Shown here one piece after another: positions 38,342 to 48,101 of a stretch of DNA of 64,000 nucleotides. The notes under the pieces were generated by a model. That model saw nothing but the letters and a program-made list of their open reading frames with translations. It did not search any database and was not told where the DNA came from. A program made the position numbers and the translations under genes. Position 1 is the first letter of the stretch, and every line of letters starts with the position of its first letter. Origin of the DNA: a virus; IMG/VR virus record IMGVR_UViG_3300044981_000387, positions 1 through 64,000 of that record. The stretch is one strand, 5' to 3'.

Positions 38342-38870
38342 ATTGCCTCCCACAGCATTTCTTATATTTTTTTCCAGAATTACAGGGACAGGCATCATTA
38401 GGGCCCGTCCTCAATTTCTTCGATACTACTACCGGCTTAGGAATCATACGATCCATAAAGAGAGTAGAATTGAGGTGATCCAACTCATGCTGACAAATAA
38501 CTGCTAGCAATCCAGTCGTAGTAAAACTATGAGGCGCTACCAAATTATCAATAATGTAAACCTCTTGAAAACGAATAGTGTCTTCCACGCGACCCGGAAA
38601 AGACAGGCACCCCTCTTCTTGAAAAGTGGCAGGATCGAACCCTTGCTTAATTTGACAATTAACTAAATCCAACTTGACATTATCTATACGCACAATAGCA
38701 ATTTTTTTAGCAATACCGATTTGTGGAGCAGCTAAACCGATACCCCCTTTACCTAATCGATTGGCATATTCCAATTCTTTTTCTAGAGTTTCTATTAAAG
38801 TGCCCACCTCGTTTGGTAAAACCTCTTCGCACTTAACTCTTAATAGTTCTTCATTATTAGTGATGATCAT
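38334..38870 (-). CDS. def: Peptide deformylase with C-terminal SEC-C motif
   Basis: GIGLAAPQIG, EGCLS, HELDH; tail GPNDACPCNSGKKYKKCCG. Confidence 0.92.
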   Translation of the reverse strand: MIITNNEELLRVKCEEVLPNEVGTLIETLEKELEYANRLGKGGIGLAAPQIGIAKKIAIVRIDNVKLDLVNCQIKQGFDPATFQEEGCLSFPGRVEDTIRFQEVYIIDNLVAPHSFTTTGLLAVICQHELDHLNSTLFMDRMIPKPVVVSKKLRTGPNDACPCNSGKKYKKCCGRQYD

Positions 38871-38890
38871 TACTTACCTATATAACTAAC

Positions 38891-39091
38891 TTATTTACCA
38901 CCGCAACCACAGCCTTTGTTAAAAACGGGCGGATTGGGATTTACTTTCTTAAGACACGCCGAACAAATCTTATCAGTTAATGAACAATATTCGCATATAA
39001 CTGCCACGGTCACTAGCACCTCGCCTTGACAACGAATGCATTTCTTCTTAGTATATAAAAAGGCAAGTTTGCTGCAGCTGCTACACATCAT
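38891..39091 (-). CDS. Small Cys-rich protein
   Basis: 66 aa with four CxxC pairs plus CGC. Confidence 0.5.
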   Translation of the reverse strand: MMCSSCSKLAFLYTKKKCIRCQGEVLVTVAVICEYCSLTDKICSACLKKVNPNPPVFNKGCGCGGK

Positions 39092-39130
39092 CTTACCAAT
39101 ATTCTAATATATACATACAACGGAGGACAC

Positions 39131-39292
39131 ATGGATCTTTTCTTCCCATTTATCTACGAACCCGAGCAAGATAAAAAGAAAGAGTTTGAGCCCGAACCGC
39201 TTTACATAGAGTTGTATCCACCACCTCTTAAAAAGGTAGAAGAAGAGTCAGATAAAGAAGATGACCATGGGATCATCATCATTCAATTATGA
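39131..39292 (+). CDS. Small acidic, Pro-rich protein (53 aa), not in ORF track
   Basis: GGAGG RBS; MDLFFPFIYEPEQDKKKEFEPEPLYIELYPPPLKKVEEESDKEDDHGIIIIQL-TGA. Confidence 0.65.
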   Translation: MDLFFPFIYEPEQDKKKEFEPEPLYIELYPPPLKKVEEESDKEDDHGIIIIQL

Positions 39293-39541
39293 ATTCTTTT
39301 TAACGACAGTTTCCAGAATATCAGAAGCTTCCTTGAAATTAGCCATAGCTGCGGCGGACCATAAATAAGAATTAATAATTTCACGCGCTTGACGATAGTC
39401 TTCCGCAGGATCGCATTGATCTAGACAGGCTTGGCAAATCTTAAAACGGGTCACGTTAATTTTGGACAAAGCTACGCTCTGGAGTTCTTCGGAATCAAAC
39501 TCATGGGAACAGATCATGCAATTTGCGGCTCTTGTCGTCAT
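39287..39541 (-). CDS. Small zinc-binding hypothetical protein
   Basis: CMIC and CQAC pairs. Confidence 0.55.
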   Translation of the reverse strand: MTTRAANCMICSHEFDSEELQSVALSKINVTRFKICQACLDQCDPAEDYRQAREIINSYLWSAAAMANFKEASDILETVVKKNS

Positions 39542-39616
39542 AGCAATACCCCTATATCAAAAGGTATAGATATGCCTCATTATTCATTTATTTCCTTTAT
39601 TCATATCTTGTTCGAT

Positions 39617-40126
39617 TTACGCCGTCAAAAAGTTGTCCCACTCTGGATGCCAATGCTCCTGAGGGTCTGCCACATAATATTGAGCACTAAATGACGGATG
39701 GGTTGGCTTACGTAATAAGATCATGTCAGCTTGTTCGGGCGTTCTATCTGCCTTTTTGTTATTACAAATCTGACAACAGGCCACACAATTAACGAAAGAG
39801 GTAACACCTCCCTGAGCTCTGGGAAGCACGTGATCGATGGTAATTTGTGAGGCAGTTAGTTTCTTACCACAATACTGGCAAGTGCTCCTATCTCTTTTAA
39901 CTAAAGCTTTACGAGAAAAGTTAGAATTAAAATAATTACGTTTGACGTGGTTCTTCAACCTTAGAATAGAAGGCTGCTTAATCCTACCTGAACCCCAAGT
40001 GATAACATCTTCCCAGGTGGAAATAACCTCCACTTTATCCTTGAATAGGAGCTTGAACATTTTGCGCTCAGGTATGAAACTCAATACTTCATACGACGCG
40101 TTAAGTAGTAACGCCTTTTTTGACAT
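39617..40126 (-). CDS. HNH endonuclease, bacterial McrA-like type
   Basis: ALLLNASY, RD...CQYCG, TIDHVLPRAQGG, NCVACC..CNNKK. Confidence 0.9.
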   Translation of the reverse strand: MSKKALLLNASYEVLSFIPERKMFKLLFKDKVEVISTWEDVITWGSGRIKQPSILRLKNHVKRNYFNSNFSRKALVKRDRSTCQYCGKKLTASQITIDHVLPRAQGGVTSFVNCVACCQICNNKKADRTPEQADMILLRKPTHPSFSAQYYVADPQEHWHPEWDNFLTA

Positions 40127-40147
40127 GATAATCTCGAATAACCTCCG

Positions 40148-40876
40148 TTACTTTAATTGATCTAAAGCATCTCTAATATCTAATCCATCTATTTCGTTTC
40201 CCAAACAAGTCCAACCGGGACGAATGCGCCTGGCAAATAATTCAATTTTTTTGGAATCTGGAAACATAATTTCTAATGAATCTTGCAAAGCTTCAGGTTT
40301 AGCGGAATGTTTCAGGTTTTCCGCAAAACAAACTGAACGCCGTGACTTGTTCTGTAGTTGCTTATACACCGCATTACTGCTGGTGCCTACCAAACAAATT
40401 TCATGAGTCTGTCTAAATAAACGACCCATACCGAAAGCGAGTATATCACTAAAATCTAAAAATCCTAATTTGCCTGCAATCGTCATTGCCACAGATTCAA
40501 TTTCTGATTTGAGATCCTTCGGAGTAAACTGATGTTCAAGAAGATACTTGATCATAAGAATACCCCTTTTCTTTAAGGACTTATACTCATCTTCATATGG
40601 ATTCTTCTTGGTTTTGACCCAGATATAGGTTTGCTTGTGCTTGAAGCCCCAGGCCTTCATGGTATCCAGTCCCTCTTGCAATAAAGAGCTGGGCACCCAT
40701 AAACATAACACAGCTCCAATGGGATTGCAAATGTCTTTTATTGGCAGCTGCTGAATATCAGAAATTGTCATGGTAGAGTAGTTGGCTTGTGCCCCACGCT
40801 TGATATCTGACATTCGTAGTTTATCAGAAAATGACCAGGGACAGTCTGCAACTATCACATCAAACTTCTTACTCAT
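40148..40876 (-). CDS. MT-A70 family adenine methyltransferase
   Basis: VIVADCPW, YSTM, LCLWV, AWGF, HSAKP, IELFAR. Confidence 0.88.
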   Translation of the reverse strand: MSKKFDVIVADCPWSFSDKLRMSDIKRGAQANYSTMTISDIQQLPIKDICNPIGAVLCLWVPSSLLQEGLDTMKAWGFKHKQTYIWVKTKKNPYEDEYKSLKKRGILMIKYLLEHQFTPKDLKSEIESVAMTIAGKLGFLDFSDILAFGMGRLFRQTHEICLVGTSSNAVYKQLQNKSRRSVCFAENLKHSAKPEALQDSLEIMFPDSKKIELFARRIRPGWTCLGNEIDGLDIRDALDQLK

Positions 40877-41154
40877 ACTTGCTTCTCCTGTTTCGACTTC
40901 ATTAAAAATAATATGGCACGGGCCTCTTCTAAATCAAAAGGGGAGCCTTCATCACCACAAAATCTTCCAGCTCGTTGAAGCAAAAATAAACAAGCCCTTA
41001 ATTCATCTATTGTAGCATTATCGGGATCCAATACGGTCTTGGCCCAAAGGGCGTCCAATTCAACAGGACCACCTTTAACAAACTTATACCCATTAAACGA
41101 TAAAGCAAATTGTGCAATAGTTTCCCAATTAGAATCAATATCTAGTATATTCAT
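40873..41154 (-). CDS. Hypothetical protein
   Basis: 93-aa ORF. Confidence 0.55.
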   Translation of the reverse strand: MNILDIDSNWETIAQFALSFNGYKFVKGGPVELDALWAKTVLDPDNATIDELRACLFLLQRAGRFCGDEGSPFDLEEARAILFLMKSKQEKQV

Positions 41155-41159
41155 TTGTT

Positions 41160-41342
41160 TTATAGTTTGCGAACCTCAATAGAATATTTACTACCCTGAC
41201 CATCATCCACAATGATGGTTTGAGCATTCTCAGTTGGGGGCTGGATTGTTAAACTTTTAATAAGAGTATCTTTATAATGCTCCTCCGACAACGATAAACA
41301 AATTAATTCAATTATTAGATCAATAAACATACGAACCACCAA
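41160..41342 (-). CDS. Small hypothetical protein
   Basis: 60-aa ORF abutting neighbours. Confidence 0.45.
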   Translation of the reverse strand: MVVRMFIDLIIELICLSLSEEHYKDTLIKSLTIQPPTENAQTIIVDDGQGSKYSIEVRKL

Positions 41343-42155
41343 TTACTTAATAATAACTATCGGTAACCTTAAGGGAACTTCGCTTCCATCTACTTTAATA
41401 GTCTGAATGGATTCTAACTTGTCTCTAGTTATTGATTCTAATTTACGAATAATAACTCGATAATTGCCCAAAGGTAAAGCCGCCATCCATTTACCAGTAG
41501 CATGAGTTCTAGACTTGGAAACCTGTTCGCTCGTGGCGATATCAATAATTTCTACATCTGCCAAGAAAATAGATTTACTATTACGATCTACCACGCGCTG
41601 CTCAACAGGAACTATACCATGAGTATCTGCTTCCGTAGCAACCTTTGTGGTAGAAGGTGGGGCAGGGGCAGCTTTAGTCTTGGGTTGGATTTGTGCTGTT
41701 ACCACTTCGCCTACACTTCTACCAGGTGGCGGCTTATTAGCTTGAGGGGTTTCCGAAGGAATGGCCACGGGTGGGGGTGGTAAAACCTCTCTACTTCGAT
41801 AAGATTTCTCATCTGAATAACTTTCAGGACGAGAGGTTCGACGAAAACCTTTGGGACCTTCTTCCACAGGAAGTTTAGATTCGGCAGTCACCACCACATT
41901 TCGACTAGGATCGACTGGAGGTAGTTGGGTAAACAAATGAGCCGCTTGATTGGGAACAGGAGTATTTTGTACCGCCTCCACAATAATTTTGTGTGGAGCA
42001 GCATTTTGTTTTTCTAAACCCTTCATTACCTCATTAAGTTTGTTAGATATGACCTTGATATTCAATTCTTGAGATCGAACTGTATTTAATAAAGTTTCGA
42101 TTTTGGACTCTAAATCTAATAAAATGTCGGTAGCTTTCCTTGGTTCCTGTGCCAT
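41343..42155 (-). CDS. Hypothetical protein: coiled coil, Pro-rich linker, beta-rich C-terminal domain
   Basis: 270-aa ORF. Confidence 0.6.
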   Translation of the reverse strand: MAQEPRKATDILLDLESKIETLLNTVRSQELNIKVISNKLNEVMKGLEKQNAAPHKIIVEAVQNTPVPNQAAHLFTQLPPVDPSRNVVVTAESKLPVEEGPKGFRRTSRPESYSDEKSYRSREVLPPPPVAIPSETPQANKPPPGRSVGEVVTAQIQPKTKAAPAPPSTTKVATEADTHGIVPVEQRVVDRNSKSIFLADVEIIDIATSEQVSKSRTHATGKWMAALPLGNYRVIIRKLESITRDKLESIQTIKVDGSEVPLRLPIVIIK

Positions 42156-42167
42156 GCATAATCCTTA

Positions 42168-42881
42168 TTATTCTAGGAATAATCCAATTTTAATAGGTAC
42201 TCTTTTAATAATAATTATGTCGTCATCTGGAATGGGATTTCCTTCACACATTTCATGTTCACCAAATACTAGAGCTCTAGCCTGCTCTTGGATTTCTTCC
42301 ATGGGACCCGAACATACTGGAACGCCGCTCACTATTAATAAGTAGGCACCTTCTTCTAAATCGTTCACAACAGGGAATAAATCGTTCTCCGGAGCAGGAG
42401 TGGTGGTAGTTTGTGGTACCGCAAATTGTTTAGCTGGAGGGGTTTTAACTTCATCTAACAACATCGGCAACTCCTCAGGTAAACCCATATTTCTAGATAA
42501 TGGAGTAACATAATCATTATTATCAATCATGGGGCGGTCAGGATCGACTGGCAACTCACTAGACAAATCATCTACGATATCACCATCCACACTAGACCAA
42601 GTGTGTTCCACATTATTACCAACATTAGGAATAGGTCCTCTACCCCTACCGACGGGTGAAGTAACAGCTTCAGCATATGGCTGTCGTATAGCCGCTTTAC
42701 GCACACGTGGATTATTATCAGAAGCTTTGGGTGTAGCTACTTTGGTGTTTTCAGGTACCACCGCACTCTTAAACTCACCTGGCTCCTTGCCCAAAATCTG
42801 CCATTGTGGGACGTATGGTTTAGTTTGTTCTGGCGAACCACGATCACGACTTGTATAGGTTTTTACTTTATTATCAGACAT
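42168..42881 (-). CDS. Hypothetical Pro-rich protein
   Basis: Likely start MSDNK; the longer ORF overlaps rpsU. Confidence 0.55.
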   Translation of the reverse strand: MSDNKVKTYTSRDRGSPEQTKPYVPQWQILGKEPGEFKSAVVPENTKVATPKASDNNPRVRKAAIRQPYAEAVTSPVGRGRGPIPNVGNNVEHTWSSVDGDIVDDLSSELPVDPDRPMIDNNDYVTPLSRNMGLPEELPMLLDEVKTPPAKQFAVPQTTTTPAPENDLFPVVNDLEEGAYLLIVSGVPVCSGPMEEIQEQARALVFGEHEMCEGNPIPDDDIIIIKRVPIKIGLFLE

Positions 42882-42894
42882 GTATATTCCAAAA

Positions 42895-43242
42895 TTATTC
42901 TGGAGAAGTGTCGCGTCTACTCTTCTTGAAGTCATGATTATTCTGGACTTCTAGTAACTTTCTTTTAGACTCGTTACGCTTTCTCCTACGTTTATCAGAT
43001 GGTTTTTCGTACGATTGTTTTTCTTTGTACGTTGAGAGAATGCGCTCTTTCTGAACGAGCGCTCGAAAAGCTCGAAGAGCTTTATCGAAATTATTTCCAT
43101 ACACCTTAACTTCAAGTGGTTGCGCTTGAATGGACTCTCCCGGTCCAACAGTTTTTGTGTCGCTGACTACGACTGCCTTATTTTCACCCTCCCTTCGCGG
43201 CTGTTTAGATCTATAATTATTTCTTTTATTATTTTCTCTCAT
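42895..43242 (-). CDS. rpsU: Ribosomal protein S21 with N-terminal extension
   Basis: VKVYGNNFDKALRAFR...YEKPSDKRRRKR. Confidence 0.88.
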   Translation of the reverse strand: MRENNKRNNYRSKQPRREGENKAVVVSDTKTVGPGESIQAQPLEVKVYGNNFDKALRAFRALVQKERILSTYKEKQSYEKPSDKRRRKRNESKRKLLEVQNNHDFKKSRRDTSPE

Positions 43243-43269
43243 TACTCAATAACCCGTTTTAACCTTGTA

Positions 43270-44604
43270 TCACTGAAAGTATTTTTCCGTACTAATTCTA
43301 CCACTATTTAGGATATTTTTATCCTTGACTAATCTATTTAGTGCATTCTGAACGTCTTTCTCTGTAGGAGTCTTGCGATTATGGGCAAGAGCCTCGAACA
43401 TAGCAGAAATATACAATTCTTTTAAGTAAGCATAAGAGAATTCGTATTTCTCGGCGTATTTGGCTAACTCTCTACACTTTTTACTAGTGATCAAATTACC
43501 AAACCATCTCTGTAGATATATATAAGCCATTTCTTGATTTGGTAAGGAAATCTCAAACTTTCTATCAAATCTTGATGGCCTATCTGTAATATTGGATTTT
43601 AGCTTTTTAATATCATTGGCAGTAGCAATAACTAATAGTCCATTTTTGGTAGAAATACCATCCATTAAGTTAAGAAAGGAAGAAATATCCACATTCTTCT
43701 CCAAAAGAGAATCCAAATCCTCAAAATATAACAAAGCTGGACTTTGTTCTTCGGCATAGCTAAAAGCTTCACGCACAGCCTCATCATTCACTCCTGGGGC
43801 AATAGTAACGGGCTTGAAATTGTAAGCCGACATAATAGTACGGATAATAGATGTCTTTCCATTACCTGGCTTACCATACAATAAAATACCGCGTTTCCAA
43901 GGAATACGGTTCTTAACATAGAACTCTTGAGAGGCCAAAAAGTTCTCTACCAAACCCTTTATTTCATCTTTGGTTTCTTGGGGCAAGAATAATTCTTCCC
44001 AAGTATGATCTTTAGTATAAGGAATATCTTCACCTTCAATCACACGAATATGAAGATTACTACGATCTCGCTCTTGAACCCACTTATCAAAGTCGTTACG
44101 CAGAGCAAGATAACCCTCGTAATTCTTGTCAGAGACTAGAATAAAAAAGCTAATTTCATCTTCGTGTTGATTACCCTTGTGAAAGAGGGCGGCATGTAAA
44201 AACTCTACATTTCCACTCTTGATTAGGAAAACGCCCTGAGCAAAGTGTTTCTCAAAATCATGGTCGGTGTTCCATGAAATAATGGAATCCTTGAATAGAC
44301 ATTTGACCGTAACTTTCTTTTCTGCACAGAAGTGAAGAAATTGTCCGTCTATAATGACACGATTATGAACGAACTTGTTTAGTTTAGAGGCCTTAAGAAT
44401 GGGACCAAAGACTTCCACGGTCCAATTCATTAAATCAATAAAATTAGCGGATGGACGATTGTTTAATGGATCAGTAACGCTGATTCCATGCGCCATGTTA
44501 AAATTATCATCTACTACTAATCTGGCCAATTGCTCTGAGGATAAATGTTCTTGACGCTCCATATCTTCTGGAGTCAAGTAATTTTCTTTGACGGCTGTAT
44601 TCAT
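43270..44604 (-). CDS. AAA+ ATPase (BCS1/ATAD-like)
   Basis: WKRGILLYGKPGNGKT, YFEDLD, ATAN, RPSRFD. Confidence 0.85.
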   Translation of the reverse strand: MNTAVKENYLTPEDMERQEHLSSEQLARLVVDDNFNMAHGISVTDPLNNRPSANFIDLMNWTVEVFGPILKASKLNKFVHNRVIIDGQFLHFCAEKKVTVKCLFKDSIISWNTDHDFEKHFAQGVFLIKSGNVEFLHAALFHKGNQHEDEISFFILVSDKNYEGYLALRNDFDKWVQERDRSNLHIRVIEGEDIPYTKDHTWEELFLPQETKDEIKGLVENFLASQEFYVKNRIPWKRGILLYGKPGNGKTSIIRTIMSAYNFKPVTIAPGVNDEAVREAFSYAEEQSPALLYFEDLDSLLEKNVDISSFLNLMDGISTKNGLLVIATANDIKKLKSNITDRPSRFDRKFEISLPNQEMAYIYLQRWFGNLITSKKCRELAKYAEKYEFSYAYLKELYISAMFEALAHNRKTPTEKDVQNALNRLVKDKNILNSGRISTEKYFQ

Positions 44605-44635
44605 ATTTTATGATCTCGTTCTTTCTACAAGAAAG

Positions 44636-46444
44636 TTAGGCGACATTTTTAATCGGTTTAGTATTACGACACTTAGGAAAAGCGGTGCAAGCAAAAAAAG
44701 TGGAACCATCTACTTTATTAGTTCGGAGGGCCATCGGACTATCGCACTGGTTGCACAGCGCGGCTCCATGTTGTGTATATGCCCGGTTCAATTGCAGTTT
44801 GTATTCTGGATAAAACTTTTTTAACATATCAACGTGATCTACCTTGCCGCTTTCAATTTCATCTAATTGTTGTTCCAGCTTGGCTGTGTAATCGTAATCC
44901 ATAAAAGTAAAGTATTGTAATAATTCCTGAGTGATACGCTTACCTAACTCGGTAGCGTGATACACATTACCCTTCTTTTCCACATAATTACGAGTAGTAA
45001 TTTTGCTTAATAAGTCTGCGTAGGTAGCCGGGCGCCCAATACTCTTATTAACCAACTCTTTGATGAGCTTATCTTCCGAATATCTGGGCGATGGTTGCGT
45101 CTGTTTCTTTTCCATCTTAACTGGCGCCTTACCCCAATGATGTAGGATATCTCCCTTGTGTAAATTAGGAATGTCAATTTTAGTTATATCATCCACTGCA
45201 ACACCAGTAAAAATATTTAGATAACCTTCACTTTTTAGAGCTTTACCAGAAGCTTTAACTTCGGCGGATGGATCACCTTGCACATGAGCCGTCACTTTGA
45301 GAGTATCATAAACGGCTGGCATCATTTGACTAGCTACAAAGTTTTGCCAAATAACTTGATATACTAACTTTTCATCAGGATCGATAATAGCAAAATTATG
45401 ATCTGGCAACAAAGTAATATCGGTTGGATGAATACACTCGTGAGCGTCCTGTGCTGCATCTCTATTTTTATAGAGATTGGGCTTGTTAGGAACTGCATAT
45501 TTATGCTCTTTTAACCAATCACGCAGCTCTTTGATGCTATTATCATCGATACGAACTGAATCAGTTCTAATATAAGTGACATACCCGCCTTCATAAAGAG
45601 ATTGTGCCGCTTTCATAGTACGGTCGGCACCAAAACCATACTCTTTAGACATAATTTGCTGTAAAGTGGAGGTAACTAATGGAGCATATGGGTTTTTCTT
45701 TTCTTCTTCAGATATCACTTCGGTTACCACAAACTTGGCATCTGTAGCCGCTAATTTAGCGCGCATTGTCTCAGCAGCAACTAAATCGGTAGGACGACCA
45801 GAGTATTTAGTAGTAAAACCGTGTTTGGTGTCCTTGGATAAAGTCACTTGAATAGTCCAGAACTCTTCAGGAATAAAAGTCTCAATTTCTCTCTCACGAT
45901 CAATCACCAAGCGAGTGACCACTGATTGCACTCGACCTGCCGATAATTTGGAACCAAAAAAGTTCATCAAAAATGGAGAGGCAGTAAACCCAACTAAACG
46001 ATCTAGAATGCGACGAGCTTCTTGAGAATGAAATAGGTTCATATCAATATCGCGTACTTCTTTGACTGCCTTTAAGAGAGCGTCTTTTTTAATCTTGTTA
46101 AAGACCATACGCTTGATAGGCTTGCCCATATCCTCTAAACGTTGAGCTAAATGCCAAGCAATAGCTTCACCTTCACGATCAGGGTCGGAAGCTACAAAAA
46201 TCTGATCCACCTTTTTGGCTGCTGCCATCAACTCATTTAATACATCTACTTTATCATCAATTAAGACATAGTGTGGCTTGAAATCTTTGTCCACATCTAC
46301 GCCCAACCCATGTTTTCCACCTTTAGCTAAATCAGTAATATGGCCCTTGCTAGCCATAACAATATAATCTTTTCCTAGGTATCCTTGAATGGTGGCGGCT
46401 TTATGGGGCGATTCTACGATAACTAACGTTTTAAGATTATTCAT
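44636..46444 (-). CDS. topA: DNA topoisomerase IA
   Basis: LVIVESP.KA, SKGH, ASDPDREGE, SAGRVQS, YVTYIRTDS, C-terminal Zn ribbon. Confidence 0.95.
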   Translation of the reverse strand: MNNLKTLVIVESPHKAATIQGYLGKDYIVMASKGHITDLAKGGKHGLGVDVDKDFKPHYVLIDDKVDVLNELMAAAKKVDQIFVASDPDREGEAIAWHLAQRLEDMGKPIKRMVFNKIKKDALLKAVKEVRDIDMNLFHSQEARRILDRLVGFTASPFLMNFFGSKLSAGRVQSVVTRLVIDREREIETFIPEEFWTIQVTLSKDTKHGFTTKYSGRPTDLVAAETMRAKLAATDAKFVVTEVISEEEKKNPYAPLVTSTLQQIMSKEYGFGADRTMKAAQSLYEGGYVTYIRTDSVRIDDNSIKELRDWLKEHKYAVPNKPNLYKNRDAAQDAHECIHPTDITLLPDHNFAIIDPDEKLVYQVIWQNFVASQMMPAVYDTLKVTAHVQGDPSAEVKASGKALKSEGYLNIFTGVAVDDITKIDIPNLHKGDILHHWGKAPVKMEKKQTQPSPRYSEDKLIKELVNKSIGRPATYADLLSKITTRNYVEKKGNVYHATELGKRITQELLQYFTFMDYDYTAKLEQQLDEIESGKVDHVDMLKKFYPEYKLQLNRAYTQHGAALCNQCDSPMALRTNKVDGSTFFACTAFPKCRNTKPIKNVA

Positions 46445-46622
46445 TCACATCATCCTCATAGGAACATTTTCCAGTTCCACTACATTTTTTGCACGGAGAA
46501 CCATCTCCATAATCTTGGCCATAACCTTGACAATCTATGCACCAACCCAAACGCCGTAACTCTTTCTCATACTCTCCATTATCAATGTATTCTGTTATCA
46601 CTAATGTTTTCAAGTTACTCAT
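46437..46622 (-). CDS. Small protein with CxxCxGxG zinc motif and a topA-like N-terminus
   Basis: CIDCQGYG...CKKCSGTG; starts MSNLKTLVITE. Confidence 0.55.
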   Translation of the reverse strand: MSNLKTLVITEYIDNGEYEKELRRLGWCIDCQGYGQDYGDGSPCKKCSGTGKCSYEDDVNE

Positions 46623-46634
46623 AGTCGATCTTTC

Positions 46635-46922
46635 TTAATAGTGCCACTCAACAGTTAGTTGATCTTTATTCACATTATATCTACACTCTGTTGGCATGGA
46701 CGAGTGAGTTAAAATATGCAATAGCACCTTATTCCTACATGTTCTTTGGAAGGGCAAATCAATTTTGATGGTATAATAATCAACTATCTCAACAGTAGCA
46801 TTAAACTTTTCTAACTTTTTGATATAAGCCCTAATATTAATGTCTATATTATGACCAAAAGAACCATCAGTTTTTTCTAACACAGTCTTTAGTTTTTCTT
46901 GCCAGCTCAAATTACTTTTCAT
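46635..46922 (-). CDS. Hypothetical protein
   Basis: 95-aa ORF. Confidence 0.55.
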   Translation of the reverse strand: MKSNLSWQEKLKTVLEKTDGSFGHNIDINIRAYIKKLEKFNATVEIVDYYTIKIDLPFQRTCRNKVLLHILTHSSMPTECRYNVNKDQLTVEWHY

Positions 46923-46960
46923 TTTACCAATCCTTTCAATATTTCAACAATCGTTATCTA

Positions 46961-47239
46961 TCAACTTATCGATCTAAATACAACCGTTTCTATTGACATA
47001 GTCCACATTCTCTGGTTAGAGTTACAATTACAGAACGCGATCCATTTCTGATAAAAACTTCCCGGATCATGGATTTCCCAATCTAAGTCAGCAAAACAGT
47101 CTGCACAATAAGCAGATTGACAAACACCCGATCCAGGAAAACACTCTTTACCTTCACATACTTTACGATCGTCTTCAATCATATTTTCCAATCTTTCATC
47201 ATCAATAAACATAATTTCTCTCAATATTTTAACATACAT
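46961..47239 (-). CDS. Small Cys-rich hypothetical protein
   Basis: 92-aa ORF; start uncertain. Confidence 0.5.
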   Translation of the reverse strand: MYVKILREIMFIDDERLENMIEDDRKVCEGKECFPGSGVCQSAYCADCFADLDWEIHDPGSFYQKWIAFCNCNSNQRMWTMSIETVVFRSIS

Positions 47240-47242
47240 TAA

Positions 47243-47692
47243 ATGGATACCCTACATCTCAATATCACTGATTTTTTTGAGGAACTGTTAAGTGATGTCA
47301 AATGCCATCAAGATACTCGGGCTTATATCGTCAGCATTTATGGAAAATATAAGAGCGCCCAATTCGATCTGTCTAAAGATAGCATCACTACACTGTTTGC
47401 GCAAGGGCGTGATAAACAAGATTTTTTAACTTACCAAAACTTGGGAGATTGGATCTTCTTCACCCAAACTATGGTGCCCAATCATTTACAGTGGGCTAGC
47501 AAAGATTATTACGATACAGTAGCTCGCCTTTCTTATTATTCTTGCTATAAACTTATCAATCGCCAATGGAAACTTTTTGAGGAGCTAGCCGATAATTTTT
47601 TACTTCTAGAGAGACAGGTAAAAGAAAAATTGAGCGATCTTAAAATGTCTCAAACTTCTGCGGATATCTATATCGTGCCTTTCGGTTCTTGA
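47243..47692 (+). CDS. Hypothetical helical protein, opposite strand
   Basis: 149-aa ORF with no plausible competing minus-strand gene. Confidence 0.65.
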   Translation: MDTLHLNITDFFEELLSDVKCHQDTRAYIVSIYGKYKSAQFDLSKDSITTLFAQGRDKQDFLTYQNLGDWIFFTQTMVPNHLQWASKDYYDTVARLSYYSCYKLINRQWKLFEELADNFLLLERQVKEKLSDLKMSQTSADIYIVPFGS

Positions 47693-48101
47693 TTTCCGGA
47701 CGATGCTCTGCCATTATAGAATTAAAAGCCCACACCGTCCTACCACAGGGACAAGATAAATATTCAGTAATATTGCCGTCATATTTGACGTCCCTGTGTT
47801 GATGTAAAGTTGGCTTATAGGATTGTTCAGGCCATCGCACAGTAAAAGCTTTCATGTTATGAAAAATGCGGGGCTGATGTCTTTTATACCAATAGCCTAC
47901 GATGTTGCTAATGTATTTCTTAAACCAATCAAAAACTTTAGAGGCTGAACGCGGATCGCTAAAATACAAAGCATGATTGACATAATAATAATCATCGGGA
48001 GGCAAACCACATTCTCTACATTTGGTTCTAGCTATAAAAGAAGAAGATAAGTTAACTCTGATCGATTTCGGTGCCCCATAAATGATTTGAGAGTTACTCA
48101 T
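47640..48101 (-). CDS. Zinc-binding hypothetical protein
   Basis: CREC and CPCG motifs. Confidence 0.55.
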   Translation of the reverse strand: MSNSQIIYGAPKSIRVNLSSSFIARTKCRECGLPPDDYYYVNHALYFSDPRSASKVFDWFKKYISNIVGYWYKRHQPRIFHNMKAFTVRWPEQSYKPTLHQHRDVKYDGNITEYLSCPCGRTVWAFNSIMAEHRPEIKNRKARYRYPQKFETF

